A stretch of DNA of 32,000 nucleotides from Okeania sp. Its GTDB lineage: Bacteria; Cyanobacteriota; Cyanobacteriia; Cyanobacteriales; Microcoleaceae. The notes below the pieces were generated by a model. That model had not been told where the DNA came from, searched no databases, and worked only from the letters and a program-made list of their open reading frames with translations. This document shows, piece by piece, positions 1 through 8,672 of this stretch. The DNA lies in the NCBI RefSeq assembly GCF_035285525.1, contig NZ_JAYKGW010000217.1:18654-50653 (forward strand), read 5' to 3'. Made by a program: the position numbers and the translations under genes. Within the stretch, counting starts at the first letter, position 1; each line of letters opens with the position of its first letter.

Positions 1-264
1 GAAGTTGCTATTCCTATTATTCATGCTGATGTTTATTTTCGTTGTCCGATGTTTTGTGGGGATGAGTTAATTATTGAGTTAATGCCTAAAAGTTGGGGAG
101 ATGATGAGTTTGAAATTTTTTATCAAGTCTTTTTAAATGAGGTGGAAGAAAAGTGGGTTGCGAGAGCTAATACGAAGCACGTTTGTATTCATCCTCGAAG
201 TAGGAGTAGGCAAAATTTATCTGATGAAATGAGGCGATGGTTATTGAGTTTTGAAAGTTCCTAG
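1..264 (+). CDS. 1,4-dihydroxy-2-naphthoyl-CoA hydrolase (hotdog-fold thioesterase of phylloquinone synthesis), C-terminal fragment; the 5' end lies upstream of the window
   Basis: Frame 1 is open from base 1 (EVAIPIIHADVYFRCPMFCGDELIIELMPK...), so the Met at 49 in the ORF track is internal. The I-x-HA-x-V-x-FR-x-P-x-x-x-GD core matches my memory of the cyanobacterial Slr0204-type DHNA-CoA thioesterase. Its position beside the men genes fits. Confidence 0.7.
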   Translation, partial: EVAIPIIHADVYFRCPMFCGDELIIELMPKSWGDDEFEIFYQVFLNEVEEKWVARANTKHVCIHPRSRSRQNLSDEMRRWLLSFESS

Positions 265-623
265 TTTTGGGGATTTTAAGGAGGTGGAAATGATAGAGAT
301 GTTGATTTTTTTGATTGAGTAAATCTTTTTGGGGTACTATTTACAATATTTTTATTGCTACAAAGTTAGCGATCGCTCTGAAGACTATATTTCTCTTGGT
401 TGAATAAAAAGTCATGTGTATAGACGAGTAGACCCTTACAAGTAAATCATATCATCATTTTTGGGAAAATGCAAGGGTAAACCCCTCTATTTTTTTGGAG
501 CTTCACAAAATGCAAAACTTATCTACTAAGTTAGATACTAAATGGTTTCTGTGGTTGGTTTAGTTACAGTATTTGACAAGAAATACCTGAGTTTTCAGGG
601 TTGATAATAGAGGAGTTATAGAT

Positions 624-1007
624 TTATTGATTATTTAAAAGTTGTTGATAATCTTCTCTTTGCCGAATATCATCTAATGGTGATTCTGGTTGTGGAGGTT
701 CATCATAACAAAACTCTAATTTAACAAGTACATCTGAAGCATTTTTGAGCGTAAGATTAATTATTGCTTTACCTGTTTCCCACTCAGAATTACCTAATTT
801 TAGAATCTTACATTCTATACCTTCAGGTGTAAAAATTAACAGTATATCTCTAAGATTAAGTGCTACAGATTTATCAACTATTTTAATAATATTCCTACCT
901 AATAGTCCAAATATACTAAGACTATTTATGTTTTGGTTAAAATTCTGATTTACCTGACGCAATAAAGGGCGTTCATAAAAGGAACTTCTAACTTTTTCTA
1001 CTACCAA
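624..1007 (-). CDS. KGK-domain-like hypothetical protein; downstream part of a reading frame interrupted by an in-frame TAG
   Basis: 127-codon ORF with a TTG start at 1007-1005. It contains GIECKILKLGNSEWETGKAIINL...LEFCYDEPPQPESPLDDIRQ, which resembles the cyanobacteria-restricted KGK domain as I remember it. Two degraded paralogs lie at 31195-31566 and 31721-32000. Confidence 0.5.
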   Translation of the reverse strand: MVVEKVRSSFYERPLLRQVNQNFNQNINSLSIFGLLGRNIIKIVDKSVALNLRDILLIFTPEGIECKILKLGNSEWETGKAIINLTLKNASDVLVKLEFCYDEPPQPESPLDDIRQREDYQQLLNNQ

Positions 1008-1094
1008 CTATTTAAAGCATTCAACAGTAAAAGTATCCTTCTGAATCATCAAAATATCAGTATCACATTCTAGAGGTTGATATGTATTAGTCAT
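1008..1094 (-). CDS. 28-codon upstream ORF in the same frame as 624-1007, ending in TAG (1010-1008); likely the N-terminal part of the same KGK-like unit
   Basis: ATG at 1094-1092 gives MTNTYQPLECDTDILMIQKDTFTVECFK-stop. The stop is immediately followed by the TTG of the 127-codon ORF. The TFT-containing N-terminal segment is also seen in the paralog at 31444-31566. Confidence 0.3.
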   Translation of the reverse strand: MTNTYQPLECDTDILMIQKDTFTVECFK

Positions 1095-1401
1095 AATATA
1101 TAATCCAACTTTTATCTAGCTAATAATAACACAAAACTTTGACAAATGAAAAATTTATTGATGTAAAACATTAGGCAGATAGGTGAGGATATTGATAAAT
1201 TATCAACCTTAGTTATAAATGACTTTTAACCCAAGTTTCACACATCAACTTGTAAAATTAAAGATAGTATTAAAATTGGTGGCTTGTTAAATATTTATAC
1301 TATATGATTCATTTTCATTAAGTTAGAAAAATTATAGCTGTAAGCTAACAAATTGCTATAAGCTATTAAACATTTAAACCACATACAGCAGATGCTATTT
1401 T

Positions 1402-1490
1402 GGTGAAGTACACCGACGCGAGCCGGAAAGCTCGCACTGAGAGAATTTAATGATTAAATCTGTATTTATTATACTTAGAATTTGCTGTAT
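1402..1490 (+). repeat. Dispersed repeat, family A (GC-rich hairpin followed by an AT-rich tail)
   Basis: ggtgaagtacaccgacGCGAGCcggaaaGCTCGCactgag...atttaatgattaaatctgt...gaatttgctgtat. There is a 6-bp GC stem at 1418-1423/1430-1435. Related copies lie at 25938-26050 (same strand) and 31081-31140 (opposite strand). Confidence 0.6.
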
Positions 1491-1556
1491 TTATTGTCTA
1501 CGAATGCTATACCTTATTTCTAATAACCCTACTCTTTACTCTCTATAATAAATAAA

Positions 1557-2522
1557 ATGTCAAACAATACTTATGCCATAATTGGTAGTGGCGCACTAGG
1601 AGGTTTTTACGGTGCAAAACTACAAAAAGCAGGATTAGAAGTTCATTTTTTACTACACAATGATTATCAGTACGTTCTGGAAAATGGCTTTATTATAAAA
1701 TCAAAAGATGGCGACTTTAATCTCCCTCAAGTTAACGCCTATAACAATATTAATAAAATGCCAAAATGTGATGTGATTATCATCGGATTAAAAACTACAC
1801 AAAATCATTTATTAGCAGAATTAATCCCACCTTTATTAAAAGAAAATACTGTTGTTTTACTCTTACAAAATGGCTTAGGTGCAGAACCAGAAATTGCTAA
1901 AATTGTAGGAGAAGATAGAATAATTGGAGGAATATGTCGCATTTGTTCTAATAAAGAAAGTTCTGGTTATATTCATCATTCAAATGGTGGTTTAATTAGA
2001 ATGGGAAGATATGCTATAAATTATCAAATTGCTGAAATTAATAATAAAATGCGTGACATTAATCAGAATTTTGAAAAGGCTGGAGTTTCGGTTAATTTGA
2101 TTGAAGATTTACTACTAGAAAGATGGAAAAAATTAGTTTGGAATATTCCCTATAATAGTTTGTCAGTAATTTTAAATGCTCGAACTGACGAAATTATGGG
2201 AGATACTAATACGAGAAATTTAGTAGCAGAAATAATGGAGGAAGTTTTAGAGGGGGCAAAAAGTTGTCAGCGTCAAATTCCAGATAGTTATATTCAAGAA
2301 AAGTTAGACTATACTGATAAATTACAACCTTATTCAACTAGCATGAAAATTGACTATGAACGAGGAAGACCTTTGGAAATAGAAGGTATTATTGGCAACC
2401 CTTTACGAATGGCAAATAAAGTTGGTATGAAGTTACCAAAAATTGGGATGTTGTATCAGCAATTAAAATTTTTGGATGCTAGAAACATAGATAAATTTTC
2501 CAGTAAAAGGAAAATTACATGA
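1557..2522 (+). CDS. panE: 2-dehydropantoate 2-reductase (ketopantoate reductase, ApbA/PanE family)
   Basis: 321 aa. N-terminal Rossmann motif IIGSGALGGFYG, a central LLQNG segment and a WKKLVWN-type C-terminal domain motif are typical of PanE/ApbA. Confidence 0.75.
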   Translation: MSNNTYAIIGSGALGGFYGAKLQKAGLEVHFLLHNDYQYVLENGFIIKSKDGDFNLPQVNAYNNINKMPKCDVIIIGLKTTQNHLLAELIPPLLKENTVVLLLQNGLGAEPEIAKIVGEDRIIGGICRICSNKESSGYIHHSNGGLIRMGRYAINYQIAEINNKMRDINQNFEKAGVSVNLIEDLLLERWKKLVWNIPYNSLSVILNARTDEIMGDTNTRNLVAEIMEEVLEGAKSCQRQIPDSYIQEKLDYTDKLQPYSTSMKIDYERGRPLEIEGIIGNPLRMANKVGMKLPKIGMLYQQLKFLDARNIDKFSSKRKIT

Positions 2523-2611
2523 TGGATATATTTCCACCTTTTCTGATTTAATAAAGATGATAAGGAACTACAAAAAATTAATTACACATTCTGTTAATTC
2601 TCTGTTATTCT

Positions 2612-2653
2612 TTACCTCTTACCTCTTACCTGTTCCCTGTTCCCTGTTCCCTT
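2612..2653. repeat. Tandem heptamer array (ttacctc x2, ttacctg, ttccctg x2, ttccctt)
   Basis: Six consecutive 7-nt units read directly from the sequence. Confidence 0.8.
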
Positions 2654-2744
2654 TCTCAAATAGGAAATTAATTTTGCACGACTATTTAGTTAATAGTTGA
2701 TGGCTATTTGCTTACATAAACTTTTCGATAAAATTTACATAATT

Positions 2745-3487
2745 ATGTCTAAAGATATTGCCAAAATTCAACATCAGACTCTACCTTCTAGTGTAGAAGT
2801 GTTTGCTAAAAACTGGCAGATATACCAGAAAATTCTCAAACATAATCACATGAGACATAAAGAAATGTATGATGTCTTAGATCAATTTATTCTCAATTAT
2901 CCAGTTAAACCATTTTCTTTTTTAGACCTCGGTTGTGGAGATTTATCAACTATAACACCTTGTCTTATTTATAGTAATGTTAATAGTTATATTGGTGTTG
3001 ATTTATCACCACAAGCATTAGAAATTGCTCAAAAAAATATTGCTGATATTCCTGGCGAAAAAAGATTAATTACAGGCAATATTAAAGATATAGTTAAAGA
3101 ATTAGTGTCTACTAAAAACTCAAAATTTGACATTGTTTTTTCTTCCTATACTATTCATCATTTAAGCACATTAGATAAGCAAAATCTCATTAATGATATT
3201 TGGCAAATACTGAATCCTAATTCTTGTTTTATTTTTATTGATGTTTTAGAGAGGAAGGAGAAAGTCGCGATAACTATTTAGCAAAATATTGGCAAAATTT
3301 TAATAAAAATTGGTTTAGTTTGACTAAAGATGAAATAGATATGGTAATTACACATATGAATAATTACGATTTTCCTGAAACAGAAAGTACAATTATTAAT
3401 CAAGCTAAAAGTGCTGGTTTTAGTAAATTTGAGTTTATTTATCGAGACCAAAAACATCCTGGATATTTATTAGTTTGTTATAAATAA
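2745..3487 (+). pseudogene. Class I SAM-dependent methyltransferase split by a 1-nt frameshift near 3243-3251
   Basis: The first part (ATG 2745; the ORF track extends to TTG 2697) has the motif I sequence FLDLGCGDLS and stops at 3281. The frame beginning at 3242 reads CFREEGESRDNYLAKYWQNFNKNWFSLTKDEIDMVITHMNNYDFPETESTIINQAKSAGFSKFEFIYRDQKHPGYLLVCYK, with a stop at 3485-3487. This is clearly the continuation of the same protein. Confidence 0.7.
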
Positions 3488-3490
3488 TTG

Positions 3491-3581
3491 AAGAAGGAAG
3501 AAGCAAGAAGCAAGAAGCAAGAAGCAAGAAGCAAGAAGCAAGAAGCAAGTAGCAAGAAGCAAGAAGCAAGAAGCAAGAAGG
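3491..3581. repeat. Tandem heptamer array, 13 units of aagaagc (variants aagaagg, aagtagc)
   Basis: The units were counted one by one. The array starts 4 nt after the stop codon of the methyltransferase C-terminal frame. Confidence 0.9.
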
Positions 3582-3710
3582 AAAGTAGATAAGTCATAAT
3601 AACTCAGCTATTAGCTGTCAGCTTTTAGTAGTAAAGTTTAACTCTAACATTATTAAAGGTGAGATTTAGATAAAAGGCAATAGCTGATAGTCTATCCCTG
3701 AATGCTGACC

Positions 3711-5126
3711 CTAATCTTTTATTCTTTGAATAGCAATTTCTTTTAACAACTGCCGATTAATTTTTCCTTGAGTATTACGAGGTAAACTTTCGATTCTCAC
3801 CCAATATTTCGGTTGTTTAAATTTACTCAACTTTCCATCAATAGCAACTAACAATTTTTCCCTAGAAACTGCAAAATTATTACTAACATAAATAGCAGTT
3901 ACAACTTCACCCCAATACTTATCTTTTAAACCAATTACACAAATATCATTCACTAAACCAGTTCTTAAAATAGCAGCTTCTATTTCTGCTGGAAAAACAT
4001 TTTCTCCACCAGTAATAATTTTTTGACTGTTACGACCTACTATTTTTAAATAATTTTGATTGTCAAAAAATCCTAAATCATCTGTTGTGAAACTTTCAGA
4101 ATTATTAAAAGTATTAGGATAATACCCTAACGCCAAAGAATTAGCTTTAATAATAATATTACCAATTTGATTCTGACCTAATATTTCTCTACTTTCACTT
4201 TGAACGATAATTTTAGCGTGAGGTAATACTTGACCGTTACTATTATTTCCTGCTAAAAAATCTTCTGGTTTCAGAGTCGCAACTTGAGAAGCTGTCTCTG
4301 TCATTCCATAAGTTGGAGCTAATTTAATTTGATATTTTCTAGCTACATTAAATAATTCTTCCCAAGCAGCAGCACCACCTAAAAGCACTGTTTGAAAATT
4401 TGATAACCAGTTAGCTATTTCTGCATTTTGTAACAAATTTTTTAACTGAGTTGGTACTAGGGAAATGAAAAATTCACTAGGGTTAATATTCCATTCTTTT
4501 TTGTCAAAAATATCTTTATAGGATGGCAAAATTACTAAATTTCCTCCAGTGGTAAAGGAACGCATAAATTGCATTAAACCACTGACATGATATAGGGGTA
4601 AAACACAAAAGGAATTAATTTTTTGTACTTGGAAATATTCTTGGAAACCTTTGACGGATGATATTAAAGTTTCCCATGTATGAATAGCAAATTTAATTTT
4701 TCCAGATGAACCACCAGTAGGAATCATAATTAAATTTTGCTCACTAGAAAGAGTTTTTTTACAGGGGTTATGTTTAGGAAAATTAGGTGTTTTTTCTAAA
4801 TTTTCTCCGGGAAATTTCTGGTTAAGGATATTTCCGAAAATTATGTCTGGTTGTACTAATTTTAAAACTTGTTCCCATTCCTGTTTTTGCCATTTTGGAT
4901 TACATAAAAATACTTGACAACCAGCAGTAACAGCAGCAATAAAACTGGTAAGAAATTCTTTTGGTTTTGGTTCTGATATTAATACTTTGCTTGGAGTTTC
5001 TGGATTTACTATTTTGATTAAATCAGTAAATTTTTTCTCGGCAAGATAATAAAATTCACTATTAAGAAAGAAGTTGTTATCTCTGTTGAGTTGGTATTGT
5101 TTTAGGTAGTTAAAAATTTGATTCAT
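3711..5126 (-). CDS. menE: O-succinylbenzoate-CoA ligase
   Basis: 471 aa. AMP-binding signature MIPTGGSSGKIKFA, plus TYGMTET and later adenylate-forming motifs. It lies directly downstream of menC. Confidence 0.85.
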   Translation of the reverse strand: MNQIFNYLKQYQLNRDNNFFLNSEFYYLAEKKFTDLIKIVNPETPSKVLISEPKPKEFLTSFIAAVTAGCQVFLCNPKWQKQEWEQVLKLVQPDIIFGNILNQKFPGENLEKTPNFPKHNPCKKTLSSEQNLIMIPTGGSSGKIKFAIHTWETLISSVKGFQEYFQVQKINSFCVLPLYHVSGLMQFMRSFTTGGNLVILPSYKDIFDKKEWNINPSEFFISLVPTQLKNLLQNAEIANWLSNFQTVLLGGAAAWEELFNVARKYQIKLAPTYGMTETASQVATLKPEDFLAGNNSNGQVLPHAKIIVQSESREILGQNQIGNIIIKANSLALGYYPNTFNNSESFTTDDLGFFDNQNYLKIVGRNSQKIITGGENVFPAEIEAAILRTGLVNDICVIGLKDKYWGEVVTAIYVSNNFAVSREKLLVAIDGKLSKFKQPKYWVRIESLPRNTQGKINRQLLKEIAIQRIKD

Positions 5127-5137
5127 AAATTAGCCCT

Positions 5138-5293
5138 GAAAAAGGTTGATTGGCAAACTTTACAGAAAAAGGAAAATATTTCACCTTCTACAAATATATA
5201 GATAAAGTTCGACTTCTCTCCAGAAATGTCAAAGTCGAAATTTATCCTTTTGCCTCAACTTTCTGCCAAACTAGAAAAAGGTTGATTGGCAAA
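5138..5293. repeat. Pair of perfect 20-bp direct repeats (gaaaaaggttgattggcaaa at 5138-5157 and 5274-5293) enclosing a 116-bp spacer that contains a hairpin
   Basis: Both copies were read base by base. The spacer contains ttcgactt...aagtcgaa (8-bp stem). Confidence 0.85.
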
Positions 5294-5298
5294 ATTCA

Positions 5299-6267
5299 TT
5301 ATTCATTATCTATTAATAAATAGGTTTCCTGTTCTTCATCAAAAAAGTGAGTGACTCCAAAACCAAAAGCATGATTTTTTATTAAAAATGTTTGTAACTC
5401 TGTGGCAAGTTTAAGTGCTGCTTGTCTACCAATATTTGTTTCAAATACTGAAGAAAAAACTGCATCAATAGAATTATTTTTGCAAAAGTTACGGAGTTCC
5501 TTTCGCGAACCAAAAATGGCAGGTTTAATCACAAATATTCCTTGCCAACTCTGTTGATAATATTGTTCCATCTTCCTGAGATTAGCAACAGATTCATCTA
5601 AAGCAATAAGAGTAGAATAGGAATTACTTAATTCCAACATTTCTGAAAATTTATCAATAGATAAAGGTTGTTCAATAAATTCAATTATGTTGAGATTTTC
5701 GCAAATTTCTAACCATTGCTTTGCTTCCTCAAAATTTAATCCTCCATTAGCATCTAATCTCAGATTTATTTCCGTAGGAAGTTCTTTAACTAACTGCTGA
5801 AATATTTCTATTTCTGTTTCAATTTTATCCACTGCAATTTTCCATTTAAAAGTTCGATATCCTTGTTGCCAAAGTTGCTGAAAAATTTCTAGAGCTGCTT
5901 TTCCTCCTGGTAATAAAGCACTGTAAAAATTAGTGTTTTTTAATTCTTCTTTTTCCTCTATTTCTACTTGTTGAATATTTTCCCAAGCTGACTCAAAACC
6001 AAATTGACAACTAGGTAAATTATCGGGAATAGAAAAAATTGTTTCTGTTATAATTTCTGTTGGTAACTGACGACAAAAATCTAAAGCTGCCGATAAATTT
6101 TCCGAACCAAACCAACTTAAAGGTGCAATTTCACCTAAACCTATTTTTCCATTTTGATCGGTTAGTTTCAGAATAATTCCTTCTCTAATATTCCAAATAC
6201 CATGACTGGTTTTCAGAGGTTGTTTGAAGTTTCGTTTATAGAGAGAAAATTCTAATTTATATTGCAT
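5299..6267 (-). CDS. menC: o-succinylbenzoate synthase (enolase superfamily)
   Basis: 322 aa. KWKI, LRLDANGG, IEQP and LDES segments have the spacing expected for the enolase-superfamily metal ligands. men gene context supports the call. Confidence 0.85.
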   Translation of the reverse strand: MQYKLEFSLYKRNFKQPLKTSHGIWNIREGIILKLTDQNGKIGLGEIAPLSWFGSENLSAALDFCRQLPTEIITETIFSIPDNLPSCQFGFESAWENIQQVEIEEKEELKNTNFYSALLPGGKAALEIFQQLWQQGYRTFKWKIAVDKIETEIEIFQQLVKELPTEINLRLDANGGLNFEEAKQWLEICENLNIIEFIEQPLSIDKFSEMLELSNSYSTLIALDESVANLRKMEQYYQQSWQGIFVIKPAIFGSRKELRNFCKNNSIDAVFSSVFETNIGRQAALKLATELQTFLIKNHAFGFGVTHFFDEEQETYLLIDNE

Positions 6268-6676
6268 GATTTTTTGAGAATATTTTATTTAAAAATTTTA
6301 CCTCTTTGACCTCTTCGATTAATAGTTATACCATTTTTATATAAACTTTCCCTTCATAAAAGATCATAACTGTCACTAGAATATAAGTTTGCATAAGGAT
6401 TATTAAATACATTGTTAAAGGCAAATAGTATCAGGTGATATTTATTAGGTAAGACACAGAAAGAAGTAAAGAAAAAATACTTTAATATTATTTCAACTAA
6501 TATGATTTAGATAATACTAAAATTTATAAATTATGGAAGTATATAGAGTAGCTATTGAGATTACAAAACTACTAAAAAAAAATCCTTAAGTGAACTGTAT
6601 TTATCTATAGACTCATCTATTTTATATCCTAGATAACTAAAGCTTACTTACTTCTTCCTTAATTCTTCTTCCTTCC

Positions 6677-7477
6677 TTATTCCCAAAAAATTATGATACT
6701 TTCAACCCATTCTCTAGGATTTTCCCAGTGGATATTATGACCAGATTCAGGAATTATTTTTACTTGAGCAACCCGACATAATTTTGCCATTTCAGTATTA
6801 ATAACTTGAAATTTATCATCATATTCTCCCACTATTAATAATGTCGGAATCTGATGATTTGATAATTTATTCCAAAGTGAAGGTTGATTTCCTATTCCTA
6901 AACTTCGGAGAGACTTTGCTAACTCTAATTGATTATTTTCCAACCGCTTTTTGATGACATTTTCAAAATTATTATCCTGTCTCAAAGATGCAAATAATGG
7001 TTGACTATACCAGTTCCATAAAAATTCTTCAAAATTACTATTTTCCAACTTATTAGCTAATTTAAAATCTGCCTGATAACGAAGTGATCGCTCTTTTTTA
7101 GTCTTTAATCCTGGAGATGCTGATTCTAATATTATTTTTTCAAACCGAGTTGGATAATTTATTGCTAAATATAATGCTAATCTTCCACCCATTGAATAGC
7201 CAAATAAATAACATTTTTCAATCTTTAAATCATCTAATAAATCAATCAATGCTGTGGCAGTATTCGGCATATTATAATATTCTTCACTGCCAAAAATTTT
7301 GGTTTTTCCATGCCCAGGTAAGTCAACTCTTAAACAGCAAAATTTTTCAGATAACTCAGGAATAATTTCTCTAAAATCATTAGTATTACCCATAAATCCA
7401 TGTAGTAATAAAATAACCTGTTTATTATTTTTTCCAGTTAAATAGTAATTAAATTTATAAACTTTTCCATCAAACAT
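6677..7477 (-). CDS. menH: 2-succinyl-6-hydroxy-2,4-cyclohexadiene-1-carboxylate synthase (alpha/beta hydrolase)
   Basis: 266 aa. HGFMG oxyanion region, nucleophile elbow GYSMGG and a C-terminal SGH. men gene context supports the call. Confidence 0.75.
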   Translation of the reverse strand: MFDGKVYKFNYYLTGKNNKQVILLLHGFMGNTNDFREIIPELSEKFCCLRVDLPGHGKTKIFGSEEYYNMPNTATALIDLLDDLKIEKCYLFGYSMGGRLALYLAINYPTRFEKIILESASPGLKTKKERSLRYQADFKLANKLENSNFEEFLWNWYSQPLFASLRQDNNFENVIKKRLENNQLELAKSLRSLGIGNQPSLWNKLSNHQIPTLLIVGEYDDKFQVINTEMAKLCRVAQVKIIPESGHNIHWENPREWVESIIIFWE

Positions 7478-7630
7478 GAATCAATAATACTGAGCAAAGT
7501 AAATAGATGATTAATAATTAATAATTAATCGAATCTCGGTTTTAAACCTATCCTTTTATATTGAAAATTGATAATTAGACATAGTTTTCATTATCCACTA
7601 TTCATTATTCGTTATTAATTAATAATATTT

Positions 7631-7655
7631 CCGTACTTGATTCAATCAAGTACGG
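7631..7655. terminator. Perfect 25-nt palindrome ccgtacttgatt-c-aatcaagtacgg, followed by tttt on the + strand
   Basis: The two 12-nt arms are exact reverse complements. It lies between msrB and menH (both on the minus strand). The T-run is on the + strand only, so terminator function for the minus-strand genes is uncertain. Confidence 0.35.
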
Positions 7656-7663
7656 TTTTAACC

Positions 7664-7741
7664 AGAGGTAATTAATAATTAATAATTAGAGATAGTTTCC
7701 ATTATTCATTATTCATTATTCATTATTCATTATCCATTATT
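7664..7741. repeat. Composite repeat module: agaggta head, aattaat x2.7, agagata, then cattatt x6, running into the msrB stop codon
   Basis: agaggta at 7664-7670, aattaat units at 7670-7688, agagata at 7688-7694, and cattatt/cattatc units at 7700-7741. The msrB stop is at 7741-7743. Confidence 0.85.
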
Positions 7742-8139
7742 TATTCTGCTTTAACAAACTTCAGCGCAGCAGAATTTAAGCAATAACGTAACCCTGTTGG
7801 AGGGGGACCATCAGGAAAAACATGACCAAGATGAGCATCACAATTATTGCAAAGAATTTCTGTTCTGCGCATAAATAAACTCCAGTCAGTTTCTTCTTTA
7901 ATATTTTCTGGATTAATAGGTGCCCAATAACTCGGCCAACCTGTGCCAGAATCAAATTTTTCTTCTGAACTGAATAGGTCACTACCACAACAAATACATT
8001 TATATATTCCTTTTTCTTTGTTGTTGTAATATTCTCCTGTAAACGGTCTTTCAGTTCCTTTTTTTCTAGTTACATTAAACTGTTCTGGTGTGAGTTGTTC
8101 CTTCCACTCTTTTTCACTTTTTTGAACTTTATTAACCAT
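7741..8139 (-). CDS. msrB: Peptide-methionine (R)-S-oxide reductase
   Basis: 132 aa. Two CxxC zinc motifs ([16 protein letters not shown]) and the catalytic GLRYCLNS motif. Confidence 0.9.
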   Translation of the reverse strand: MVNKVQKSEKEWKEQLTPEQFNVTRKKGTERPFTGEYYNNKEKGIYKCICCGSDLFSSEEKFDSGTGWPSYWAPINPENIKEETDWSLFMRRTEILCNNCDAHLGHVFPDGPPPTGLRYCLNSAALKFVKAE

Positions 8140-8236
8140 ATCTTCAATGTTCCTTTTGACAAATTGTTATATTTAGCAGTACAACGTTTTTTAAGACTAT
8201 ATATTGTTGTACTTTACAAATCATAACATATTTTTG

Positions 8237-8285
8237 CAGAAAGAAGGAAGAGGGAAGAAGGAAAAAGGAAGAAGAAATAAGGAAG
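8237..8285. repeat. Degenerate purine-rich heptamer array (aggaaga-type units)
   Basis: aggaaga, gggaaga, aggaaaa, aggaaga, agaaata and aggaagc were read consecutively. Confidence 0.7.
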
Positions 8286-8672
8286 CAGATGAGTCTGTAG
8301 TAATCCTATTTTATTCGTGTACAAAATTCAAAAGCTTTTAGGGAAGACTTAAATGGTAGTAGTTTAAGTTTTTATTGACTTTTTAATTTCTTACAACCTA
8401 TTTAGGATTGCTATATCATTTTTAAATTACTGAAATACACAAATTTTGGTTAATTAAATATTATAAAACTACTGATATTTAGATAACTTCTGCTATGAGC
8501 AAATAAATTTATTTCTTGGGGTAATTTATCATTTAAAATTTCAGTAATTAACCATAATAAACTAGCTACCTTTAGTCATCTAAAGATGACTTATGCTATT
8601 AGTCAAGAAATTTATTTCTTGGCGTAGAACCTAAATCTACTTTATTGTAAATTTTGGCAAATATTTTCAGAT

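Noticed and set aside
745-948. ORF-track ORFs lying antisense to, or out of frame within, well-supported genes: 745-948(+), 7117-7365(+), 7776-7988(-), 9370-9561(+), 15388-15630(+), 16325-16561(+), 21902-22132(-), 28649-28873(+), 28878-29075(-)
   Set aside because: Each lies entirely inside a gene with strong family motifs on the other strand or frame. Their products are low-complexity with no recognisable motif. Long spurious ORFs are expected in AT-rich antisense sequence.
3243-3251. Programmed -1 ribosomal frameshift in the methyltransferase
   Set aside because: I saw no canonical X-XXY-YYZ slippery heptamer and no obvious downstream stimulatory structure. A 1-nt indel beside a T4 run (mutation or sequencing error) is simpler.
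3491-3581. Possible CRISPR arrays (this and the other tandem arrays)
   Set aside because: The repeat period is 7 nt with no spacers, and there are no cas genes. These are STRR-like microsatellite arrays, not CRISPR.
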